DNA of 64,000 bases from a virus. Lineage: Duplodnaviria; Caudoviricetes. Numbering within the stretch: position 1 is the first letter of the stretch; each line of letters opens with the position of its first letter. The stretch spans positions 64,001-128,000 of IMG/VR virus record IMGVR_UViG_3300028833_000057. One strand, 5' to 3'. The notes beneath the pieces are model-generated. The model did no database searches, was not told where the DNA came from, and saw only the letters and a program-made list of their open reading frames with translations. A program made the position numbers and the translations under genes. This document shows positions 38,331-47,176 of this stretch, piece by piece.

Positions 38331-38453
38331 TATATTATCTCTCCTATAGTTAGAGTTATCTATATTTTAATATAAATATTGATAGATAAAATTTTCGAAA
38401 AAAAAATGAGTATAAAAGTTTAATCTTTTATACCCACTGTCTAAGTTGCATTT

Positions 38454-38798
38454 TTATAGTTTTAGTTTATCTATATTTTTCAATAATATTTCACAAGCAA
38501 TAGCTCGATTGAAATAAGCTTGCTCTTGTTGGCAATCTTCAAAATGCGATTTAAGAGCTTCTATAACCTTATCCTTAATATTTCTTTGCATAAGCTTTTC
38601 TGACATCAAAGTTTTTAAGGCTAACCTCATCTTATGCATAGGAATATTCGCTATGCAATCTTTCAATTTACCATTATCTACAATTGTTAAAAGAATAGTT
38701 CTAAAAGGCATTGTCTTATAATCCTTGAAAATAGTATCTCTATTTTCTTTAATAATAGGTGCTATGCCTTCACGAAATACATCAATCGGTTTTATCAT
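38454..38798 (-). CDS. hypothetical protein
   Basis: 114 aa, AAGGAG RBS, promoter at about 38825. Confidence 0.7.
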   Translation of the reverse strand: MIKPIDVFREGIAPIIKENRDTIFKDYKTMPFRTILLTIVDNGKLKDCIANIPMHKMRLALKTLMSEKLMQRNIKDKVIEALKSHFEDCQQEQAYFNRAIACEILLKNIDKLKL

Positions 38799-38859
38799 AT
38801 ATCTCCTTTGTTAATGCACACTAATTAATATAATAACGGATTATAGACATTTTAAGAAA

Positions 38860-39120
38860 AAAAAAATGGCGCAGGTTATGTGCTTTTCCTACGCCTTGCC
38901 AGTTCCCTCCTCCACTGTTTGCAACCAGCTTTAGAACCTACTTAGTATATGTGCACTTCTACCAAGTGGATGGCTCCATGTTATAGTAATAACTGTCTCC
39001 ACTATTGTGGTTAATTGACTCTCTCCCTTGGGGGGTTCTTCCGAGGTCAAAAGCAGTAGGATTTACCCCCAAGGATAAGGGCTACTCCAAATGTACTATC
39101 TTTCCATCATATTACCTTCT
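38860..39120 (-). ncRNA. candidate ~250-nt pseudoknotted ncRNA with own promoter and terminator
   Basis: Promoter at 39125-39132; stem CCTTGGGGG/CCCCCAAGG; terminal hairpin 38868-38895 plus T-run; the leader encodes only MMER-stop. Confidence 0.55.
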
Positions 39121-39137
39121 CTTTTTAATATATGAAA

Positions 39138-39488
39138 TTATTTCTTTTCTCTACGATTCTTATATTCTTCAATAATCTTTAGTAATTTTTCTTCAGTACT
39201 GAACGGAACTTTTGTAGGATTCAAGCTTCTACAACTATGTTCATCAATCATATCTGGTTCCCATTTATCAAGAATAAAACCGGGGCGACCTGTTTTATAC
39301 CTGATATTTGCTGGAAGATTAAAATCTCCGTCACCTAAATACCACCAACGTTCTTTTAGAAAGAATGATCCTTTATTCCATTCTGCAGTTTCTGCATTTA
39401 TAGTCTTAAGACGAATGTCCTTTCTCTTAAAGCCATTCTGTTTTAAAATTCTGTCTGCGAGCTGCCATGTAAGTCTTTTATTTGCCAT
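39138..39488 (-). CDS. hypothetical protein
   Basis: 116-aa ORF. Confidence 0.65.
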   Translation of the reverse strand: MANKRLTWQLADRILKQNGFKRKDIRLKTINAETAEWNKGSFFLKERWWYLGDGDFNLPANIRYKTGRPGFILDKWEPDMIDEHSCRSLNPTKVPFSTEEKLLKIIEEYKNRREKK

Positions 39489-39489
39489 T

Positions 39490-39981
39490 TTAGTATCCTA
39501 CCTTTTTTCGTACAAAGGATATAACATCACCAACAGTCCTATCAGAATTCTGACTTGTTATTTCTGCTATATTCACTTCTTCGTCTGTAATTTCAATTTG
39601 GAATTCATCTTCTAATTTCATTACAAGTTCGATTGCATCTAGAGAATCCATTCCTAAACAACTGCCAAGAGTTGTAAGTTCATTTATTTCTCCACCATAA
39701 TCTACAATCTCATGTATAATTCTATACACTTTAGAAGGAATAGTATCATCTTCCTTTTTAGGTGCATCAATTTCTGCATCAAACGTTGTCTCAGGATCAT
39801 CATGAACCCCAAGAGGTTCAATATTCTCACAATCCTTTAATTCAACATTTGGCAAAATATCTATCTGAAAAGTATCTTTAGTCTTCATATGTGTCGCTAC
39901 AATAGAAGATACTTGCTTAAGAAGTACCAAGAGATCTTTCTTATCTATGTCTTCAGTAATCTTTAACAATACCTGATACAT
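39490..39981 (-). CDS. acyl carrier protein domain with N-terminal extension
   Basis: LGMDSLDAIELVMKLEDEFQIEITDEE...TVGDVISFV matches the AcpP signature, with the phosphopantetheine Ser intact. Confidence 0.82.
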   Translation of the reverse strand: MYQVLLKITEDIDKKDLLVLLKQVSSIVATHMKTKDTFQIDILPNVELKDCENIEPLGVHDDPETTFDAEIDAPKKEDDTIPSKVYRIIHEIVDYGGEINELTTLGSCLGMDSLDAIELVMKLEDEFQIEITDEEVNIAEITSQNSDRTVGDVISFVRKKVGY

Positions 39982-39991
39982 ATTTCCTCAC

Positions 39992-40363
39992 TTAGATTTC
40001 TATGAAGAATTTAATGTCTGGAGGCATTTTCTTCTTTTCAATCTTTGCAGCTTTCACTTTGACATTATTATTTTCCATAGCTGTACAGAGTGTACGGGCA
40101 TATGAATCCACATAATCGCTAGATAAAGACTTTATCAGTTCATCAGCGGAGTCTAAACCAAATCCACCACTTTCACTGGTAATGGTAATTTCAAATCCTG
40201 TAATTTTAGCATTCCTGCAACTAAAAGTTGCTGCTGTCTGTGCTCTTGTAGTAATAGAATTCTTAATACCAATTACAGCACCAATAACATATGGTGCTCT
40301 TGAATTTGCATCGCTTACTGCATGCTTTTTAACTTCTTCAGACATTTCTTCTCTGGTCTTCAT
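39992..40363 (-). CDS. hypothetical protein
   Basis: 123 aa, GAGGA RBS. Confidence 0.65.
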   Translation of the reverse strand: MKTREEMSEEVKKHAVSDANSRAPYVIGAVIGIKNSITTRAQTAATFSCRNAKITGFEITITSESGGFGLDSADELIKSLSSDYVDSYARTLCTAMENNNVKVKAAKIEKKKMPPDIKFFIEI

Positions 40364-40381
40364 AGTTTCCTCTATAGAAGG

Positions 40382-40762
40382 TTAGATCCAATGATTCTTT
40401 TCAGCATCTTCTTTATCTTTAAATTCTCTTACATTAATTGATATGCACTCAGTAAGTGCTAGCATAGTTTCTGCAATAACAGAAAATCCAAAACTTTCAC
40501 AAAGTGCTAATAGTAATTCATTTGCAGTCTTAAAATAAATATCTTCTTCATCTTTTTCTTTAGTTTCACCTTCATCTTTATAATCGATATGCAGATGATA
40601 TGTATCTGGTTCATTAGTGTTTTCATTAAATTCTACAGAATAGTCATCTATAGATAAACCAGCTAGCGAATCACTCACGATATTATCAATAATCTCTTCA
40701 GCAAATTCTTTAAGATCACGATTAAATTCAGGCTTCGTATGTAGCTCTAATTGTGTATACAT
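40382..40762 (-). CDS. acidic hypothetical protein
   Basis: 126 aa, promoter at about 40790. Confidence 0.65.
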   Translation of the reverse strand: MYTQLELHTKPEFNRDLKEFAEEIIDNIVSDSLAGLSIDDYSVEFNENTNEPDTYHLHIDYKDEGETKEKDEEDIYFKTANELLLALCESFGFSVIAETMLALTECISINVREFKDKEDAEKNHWI

Positions 40763-40845
40763 ATCTATTCCTTTTGTTAAAGCTATAATTTAATATAATA
40801 AAGTATCTAAAAAAAAAATATCTCTCTAGATGAGAGATATTCATT

Positions 40846-42225
40846 TTAGTGTAGGTGAGTAAAGATCTTATTCCTACCTATAAATCCTGATGCATCATGC
40901 AGCGTATTAATATCTTTATTTTCCGCATATTGTGCATTATCCATCATTATGTGATTAAATATTTCAGTGCTACTAGCATTATTCTTGTATAAGTTATCAA
41001 TCTCGGTAGCCGTTTTATAGGCGCTCATAAATGCCGTAGCTAAAGCCTTAAGAACTGTAAGACGATTATCCTGTTCAGATTCATCTTTAGTCTTTCTTGT
41101 TTTAAAATGCTTTCTCTTGAAAGTTCTAGCCATTATATTTACATCGATGTTCTCTCTTAATGGCGTATGCACATTACATATTGTATTTTCAAGCATAACA
41201 CGCATATAACTTTCTAGAATTTGGTTCATATAGTCTTTCTTACAGATATCTATCCAATCAGTACTATTACCTATGATAGATTGTCTAAATTGTAAACCTT
41301 GGACAATACCCATACCATATCCGTAAGGATTTTCATAATATACTTCTAGAGGATGTCTAAGTGGATAATATCTACTTAGATAAGATTCTGGATCAAGCGT
41401 CTGTGAATTTATATTGTGTGCTTTAGATTCAATCTCGGCATTTATATTCATAAGAACAATATGCTCTCGATGATATAGTATCCATGCAAGTATATTACCA
41501 ATGGTCATATCTGATGCAACATCTACTGGAACTTGGGAACTATTCCAATAGGTATCATTTATATCTAATAAACCATAGCTACCATAATATGATCTATCTC
41601 TAGCATATCTTCTACTAAGGCAAATATACCCTGGACTTACTGCCGATGCACTTTTGGTTATAAGTTTACTACTATCACAAGAAACTCTATACAGATTCAA
41701 TATCTCAAAGATATCCTTATTAAAGAATTCATTATCACGAGAATATGGTGGCATAATAATCATCTTATTATCTTCTGTAATTTCCATGCCACGTCTTTGT
41801 ATAGAGGAATCAAAATATGATGATAGGTCTGTAGGTAACAACCTTTCTCTATCATTGTCATAACTAGACGGTATCCTATATACATCTTGAAACTCTATTA
41901 TAAGATTTTGTCTACCTTCCAACCATGCCTGAATATCAGGATTGCTAAGAATCTTATCAAATATTTCTACAGAAGTCGCTCTACGTTCATTAGCAATACT
42001 TTCAATATTATTATCACAAGTTGCCGTTATAAATCTAGACATAGCATTTCCAATGTCTATATTTTCTTGTACGTTCTGCAGTATCCTACTATTTTTTCTT
42101 TCATACACAAGGTTTATTCCTTCCATTAAAATACCCTTGACTATGAAATCAAATATATGCGAAGTAACATCTCCATAACGTGAATCACGATATGGATAAA
42201 GTTTTATATCTACTTTTATAGACAA
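40846..42225 (-). CDS. hypothetical protein
   Basis: 459-aa ORF, TTG start after GGAGG. Confidence 0.7.
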   Translation of the reverse strand: MSIKVDIKLYPYRDSRYGDVTSHIFDFIVKGILMEGINLVYERKNSRILQNVQENIDIGNAMSRFITATCDNNIESIANERRATSVEIFDKILSNPDIQAWLEGRQNLIIEFQDVYRIPSSYDNDRERLLPTDLSSYFDSSIQRRGMEITEDNKMIIMPPYSRDNEFFNKDIFEILNLYRVSCDSSKLITKSASAVSPGYICLSRRYARDRSYYGSYGLLDINDTYWNSSQVPVDVASDMTIGNILAWILYHREHIVLMNINAEIESKAHNINSQTLDPESYLSRYYPLRHPLEVYYENPYGYGMGIVQGLQFRQSIIGNSTDWIDICKKDYMNQILESYMRVMLENTICNVHTPLRENIDVNIMARTFKRKHFKTRKTKDESEQDNRLTVLKALATAFMSAYKTATEIDNLYKNNASSTEIFNHIMMDNAQYAENKDINTLHDASGFIGRNKIFTHLH

Positions 42226-42570
42226 TTAGTCCTCCAATAATATCATATTGGTCAAAACAAATCCTTTATAATCCTTAAATATGTCATAAATAATTAAAAT
42301 ACCCTTTTCAGAAAAGGGGTTTACATCTAAGGTTCGTATAGCACTTGCTTTAGCTATATCTTTACAATCTGTTTCATAATATTCGTATACGATGTAAACT
42401 TTATAAAGATCTCTTTTAAGAGATACAAATTCTTTAGCTGGTGAAAGCATGACTTCTAAAAAGCCTTCTTCATCAGTAACTTCTGGTTGCAAAGATTCTT
42501 TCCTAAGGCGATTTATTAAGCGCATAAATGCTTTAGGATGTGATAAAAATATTGATGTTATATTGTTCAT
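42226..42570 (-). CDS. hypothetical protein
   Basis: 114-aa ORF. Confidence 0.6.
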   Translation of the reverse strand: MNNITSIFLSHPKAFMRLINRLRKESLQPEVTDEEGFLEVMLSPAKEFVSLKRDLYKVYIVYEYYETDCKDIAKASAIRTLDVNPFSEKGILIIYDIFKDYKGFVLTNMILLED

Positions 42571-42667
42571 ACTAAAATAAAATGAGCTAAGTAGATTTTA
42601 CTCTACTTAGCTCATTATAATTTATTGACCATAATAATGACGATCATCGTCATTATCATAACCATCG

Positions 42668-43780
42668 TCAGTCATAAGGGTACGTATCATCAAAAAGGGA
42701 GCTGCTACGAGAATAGTCAATCCCGTCTTGATCTTCTGGATAATCTGGGAAGGCACTACCTTTCTTTTTTGACTTGTCCTTATTTTTCTTTCCTGACTTC
42801 TTTCCTCTGGAACCAGATGGGGTCTTGGTAGTTCCCTTGCTGACACCGTCATAGGTAGCCGGTCGAAACGGACTTCCAGCTGTGCTACTAGTAGACGATA
42901 CTATCGTCGTACTTGCAGTACTGCTGGCCACCTCATCTGCCGCAGAGTTGGACTGGAATTCAAGAAGCATACGGATACACTGACGGATCTCAATATCGGA
43001 GAGGTTTTCATAGTTACCAGTCTTGGCAGCAATGTCAAACATAGCCATCAAGTAGTAGGTAGCTACCGAGATTTCTTCTTCATCGAGTTCAGCATCAGGA
43101 ATCAGATCCACACTGACCATGAAAGACTTATTGTCTTCAGCCTGGACAACAATCATAGTACCATCGAGGTTGTAATCGATGTCTACAATAATTGTCTTAT
43201 TGGCATTAATATCCCTGAGTCGTTCCACCATACCATCGACGGTAGTAATTTCTTCAGGAGGATATACAGTAAGTGTTTCAAGCTGTGCATCCAATTCATT
43301 GTAACGTTCAACATAGTCAAACGGGAGAACGCCATCAATATTGGCTTCAATTTCTTTTTCATCTTCAAGCTTGCTGAGATACTTGTATCCTGTGTCTTCA
43401 GCTTCACGTATGACGTAATGCTTACTTTCCTTTTCACAGACAGCATCAAACACCCACAGCAAAGCCGTGTGTGTTTCAGGAGACATTTCATCATCAATAC
43501 TCATGAAGAGATCAAAGATATCCTGGGCAGAGTTTTCCGGAGCATTAAGCTCGATCGGAAATTCATCATCATCCTCGGTAGGATTATCCCAGTCAATCCT
43601 GAAGTACTTCGTCGTATTCGCATGCTTGACTTTTACAGAAAGTTCAAGGTTCTGTGCATAATATGCAGACTTAGCATAGAGCTTGGTCGTAATATCTACG
43701 CCACCCTCATCTGCCTTGTGTTCTTCAATATAATCGAGACACTCCTTCATCCCGATCAAGCCTTTATCGTTCAGTGCCAT
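42668..43780 (-). CDS. highly acidic protein with Ser/Thr linker and basic tail
   Basis: 370 aa, Asp/Glu-rich, GC-richer codons, immediately downstream of the primase. Confidence 0.7.
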   Translation of the reverse strand: MALNDKGLIGMKECLDYIEEHKADEGGVDITTKLYAKSAYYAQNLELSVKVKHANTTKYFRIDWDNPTEDDDEFPIELNAPENSAQDIFDLFMSIDDEMSPETHTALLWVFDAVCEKESKHYVIREAEDTGYKYLSKLEDEKEIEANIDGVLPFDYVERYNELDAQLETLTVYPPEEITTVDGMVERLRDINANKTIIVDIDYNLDGTMIVVQAEDNKSFMVSVDLIPDAELDEEEISVATYYLMAMFDIAAKTGNYENLSDIEIRQCIRMLLEFQSNSAADEVASSTASTTIVSSTSSTAGSPFRPATYDGVSKGTTKTPSGSRGKKSGKKNKDKSKKKGSAFPDYPEDQDGIDYSRSSSLFDDTYPYD

Positions 43781-43789
43781 TTTTGTCCT

Positions 43790-44845
43790 TTACTTTGTTA
43801 GGGTTATTGCATTTTTAACTTCTATAAAATTCTTACTAACTCCAAAGTCATGACCTTTAGAGTTTCGTAAATAATATACTTTGAATTTTAGATCTATAGG
43901 TAATCTATATTTCCACAATTGAGCTTTATATTCTTCAGGTGCGACGTCACCATCTGAAAATATAAGGATTTCTTGATCCAAGAAACCTAAGCTAACGAAG
44001 AATTTCAATACACTAATTATACCATGACCAAGCATAGCAGCAAATGTATGATCTCTTAACTGTGGGAATGCATAGTATATCCCTATTACATCGAAAATTC
44101 CTTCTGCAATTACTAATTTCAATTTAGACTGTAATATATCAAGCTTCTGATTAAATGTATAAATTCTGAAAGGACTCTTATGAAACATCAGGTCGTAATA
44201 TCGATGTTCCTTATCGTCTGACACAATATTTCTATTGATAAGACCTTCATAAGAATAATTCATGAATCCAATATAATCACTATTTAATATATTCATATAA
44301 TTCGTGTCTACTGGCAAATTCATTATTGAATTATATCTTACAAATTCTTTTAGATCAAAAACTACTTTAAACTTTTCTATTTCTTCTTTTGTAACCTTAG
44401 TATCAAACCTTTTACATAGATATTGATACTTTTGAATATTATTAATGACAGAAATTCTATTAAATGGCGGGATCAGTAGTTGATTACTACGTACTTTCTT
44501 ATCTAAGAAACTAGAAATCTGTCTTCTGCTAGATACATTCTTATGCTTAACATCTTCTTTTACAGCATTCTTATTTTGGCTAATAATTTCCTGAAGCTCT
44601 GGTGTTATGGCGACACCTAGAAGCTTCAGGAAACCTTCGTTTACAGCACCACTAAACTTACATCTGTGACATAAGTAATAGAATGGTGGTACACGAGAGA
44701 TATAAAGGTGTGCATGATTTGGATTATCACTATCCAAACATGATGGACACCTTATAACTCTGTCTTTATTACCATTTGCTAGTGTGGTAAAGCCATCGTA
44801 TGCTGAAAGAATTGCGTCTTCTAAGACTTTACCTGCATCTCTCAT
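43790..44845 (-). CDS. DNA primase (Zn finger + TOPRIM)
   Basis: CPSC..H..CHRC zinc finger; IAEGIFD and SDGD TOPRIM motifs. Confidence 0.8.
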   Translation of the reverse strand: MRDAGKVLEDAILSAYDGFTTLANGNKDRVIRCPSCLDSDNPNHAHLYISRVPPFYYLCHRCKFSGAVNEGFLKLLGVAITPELQEIISQNKNAVKEDVKHKNVSSRRQISSFLDKKVRSNQLLIPPFNRISVINNIQKYQYLCKRFDTKVTKEEIEKFKVVFDLKEFVRYNSIMNLPVDTNYMNILNSDYIGFMNYSYEGLINRNIVSDDKEHRYYDLMFHKSPFRIYTFNQKLDILQSKLKLVIAEGIFDVIGIYYAFPQLRDHTFAAMLGHGIISVLKFFVSLGFLDQEILIFSDGDVAPEEYKAQLWKYRLPIDLKFKVYYLRNSKGHDFGVSKNFIEVKNAITLTK

Positions 44846-46272
44846 TACGAAATAAATCCTATAAGTTTAATAAGTTCATCTGCTAGAGTCTCTGGATCCA
44901 ATACTATTTCAGTATCAGAATCTAGAGCCTTACGGCTACCTCTCAAACAGTTCTCAAGTAGCGTCAAGATAATGTTGCTACCATCAAATTTCGTAATGAT
45001 GTTGCTGAAGCGTTCGTTCTTAAGAATCTTATAACGTTCGCTTTCTTTAATAGCTGTAATGTACTTCTTTGTTAGCTTGAATTTTGCCATAGTGAGTTCT
45101 GTATCATATGGCTCAGACATAACAATCTTTGCAAGTTCAGTAAACCCAAACTTTATTAGTATCTTATGCAAATATAGCATAAGTATTGCAAATGTCTTCT
45201 GATTTACCATGTACAGTATTTCATGTTCTTCAATAAACTTACCATACACAATAAAGTACAGAATATTCTTCTCTTTACTGGGTTTAAGTAACGGAGTATA
45301 TTTTACTAATTCGTCATTAGTAATATCTAGATTCTTTCCAATACTATTCTTAACTCTACGTATCATATCTTCAATACCAAGCTGAATTAGTGGACCATAG
45401 ATTTCATTCTGGTTTAGCTTGGAAACTTCCATATCAAATACAGATGCTTCATCCGGTTCGATCGTAGAGTTTACAGTTTCATACTGCATAGGAATCTTAG
45501 CATGGAACAGATAATGTATCTGATGTTTGATAACTACGTGTAAGAAGTTTATACAGTTTTGCTCTAAAGATAGTTTTGGAATAATATCAATAAATACCTT
45601 TTTAAGTAGCGGTTGGACAGATTCCACAGAAGATGATCCAATATTCTTTAGATATCCCCATATAACGGAATCTGAATATTCAGTACCAAAGATTCTAGAT
45701 TCTATAAGCTTTCTGAGCTTATTCTCAATATTAATATGCCTATTTGGTACAAGTTTCTGAATATTCTGTACACAAGTTATGAATACATCCAAAAATACTG
45801 TATTGATATAATCATTATCCTTATTTACATCTTTTACATATTCTGTAATAAGCGGAATAATGCACCTATCAATTTTTGCAGCAGTAAGAATTACTAGACA
45901 ATGTGTTCTATCAAACTGTAGTTCTACATTATCAGTTCCTATGACTATATCGACATTGTAATTCTTGTCGCAATAGTCTAATGCCGCTGCGTAATACGGA
46001 GAGAATATCTCGTCTATAATCGTGCAGATATTGACATCGTCAATTTCGCCATTCTCTAGCTTCTGCCTATAAGAATATAGACCTTGGATAAATTTATCTC
46101 CGATTACTTCATAACACTGAAACCATTCATCAATATAAGAATCGCCATGTTTAGCATATATGCGTTTCTTATTTATCTTGAATTCATTATACTCTGGTTT
46201 ACATCCTTCTATAAAATCTGTAAGGTTAATGCTTACTGTGGATGGTGTTGCAGAGCATTTTAATTCAGGCAT
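44845..46272 (-). CDS. putative sigma-like promoter-specificity subunit of non-virion RNAP (AR9 gp226 / phiKZ gp68-like)
   Basis: 475-aa helical protein two genes downstream of the chaperonin, matching AR9 gp228-gp227-gp226 order and size; based on synteny, not a motif. Confidence 0.5.
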   Translation of the reverse strand: MPELKCSATPSTVSINLTDFIEGCKPEYNEFKINKKRIYAKHGDSYIDEWFQCYEVIGDKFIQGLYSYRQKLENGEIDDVNICTIIDEIFSPYYAAALDYCDKNYNVDIVIGTDNVELQFDRTHCLVILTAAKIDRCIIPLITEYVKDVNKDNDYINTVFLDVFITCVQNIQKLVPNRHINIENKLRKLIESRIFGTEYSDSVIWGYLKNIGSSSVESVQPLLKKVFIDIIPKLSLEQNCINFLHVVIKHQIHYLFHAKIPMQYETVNSTIEPDEASVFDMEVSKLNQNEIYGPLIQLGIEDMIRRVKNSIGKNLDITNDELVKYTPLLKPSKEKNILYFIVYGKFIEEHEILYMVNQKTFAILMLYLHKILIKFGFTELAKIVMSEPYDTELTMAKFKLTKKYITAIKESERYKILKNERFSNIITKFDGSNIILTLLENCLRGSRKALDSDTEIVLDPETLADELIKLIGFIS

Positions 46273-46315
46273 TATGCCTCCTTATTTGTTGGAGTCTTTA
46301 TTTAATATAAAAATA

Positions 46316-47122
46316 TTATCTTGTTGAAGCTTTTGGACCTATACTACGCTTAGGCAATTTCTTACTTTTAGATTGCTTTGCCATCTGTGGATGCTTAGCT
46401 TCAAAAGCTTTTTTAGCTTTTTCACTAATTTTTCTAACCCGTGTACCACCACCTTTCTTGCCATGCAGAGAGATTCCAGCATTAATATCCATGGCACGAC
46501 TTTCAATCTTTTTAGCTTTATACTCTTGCATCTTACGCTTAAAACTCATAAATTTCTTCTTAATAATTAGAAGACTAGGTTCACCCTTACTGAGTTTATT
46601 TAGCTTATCAATATACTGAAGCTTCATTTCAGTAATATATAGTGCGGGGAACATTATAGCTTTTTCAAAACCAAATGCAAAAGATGGGTTTCTTACTACT
46701 GGTTTCTCTAAGAAGAATATATCTTCAAATTTATCTTTAAATTGCGGTAAGAAATATCCTAATTTATTAGCCACATAGAGATATGTAAAAGCAAATGATG
46801 GATTATTACTGGCAAATCTGCATGTGTATTCGCCTATTGTCTTTTCCTTTCCATTAGAACCTTCCGGTGGAGTTAATTCTATAACGGTGTCATAATACAT
46901 ATCCGTTTTCTGCTTAAGATGTTCAGATCTAAACTTAAAGTATAAAACAAATACGCCATTCTTTGTCTTATAAACGGTAAGATCTATACCTCTATTCATG
47001 CCCATCACTGCTTCTGTACGCTTTCTTAAATCCATAAGAATTGCACCACGCATAGCAACTTGAGCACTACCCTTACCTACAGGGTTAGTTACTAATCTGT
47101 GAAAAGTAAGTTTTTCTGCCAT
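46316..47122 (-). CDS. conserved jumbo-phage hypothetical protein with basic tail
   Basis: 268 aa between the chaperonin and the sigma-like gene. Confidence 0.65.
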   Translation of the reverse strand: MAEKLTFHRLVTNPVGKGSAQVAMRGAILMDLRKRTEAVMGMNRGIDLTVYKTKNGVFVLYFKFRSEHLKQKTDMYYDTVIELTPPEGSNGKEKTIGEYTCRFASNNPSFAFTYLYVANKLGYFLPQFKDKFEDIFFLEKPVVRNPSFAFGFEKAIMFPALYITEMKLQYIDKLNKLSKGEPSLLIIKKKFMSFKRKMQEYKAKKIESRAMDINAGISLHGKKGGGTRVRKISEKAKKAFEAKHPQMAKQSKSKKLPKRSIGPKASTR

Positions 47123-47176
47123 AATTTACCTTAAGGGAATATATACCTATATCTAAGTAGATATAGGTATAATATA

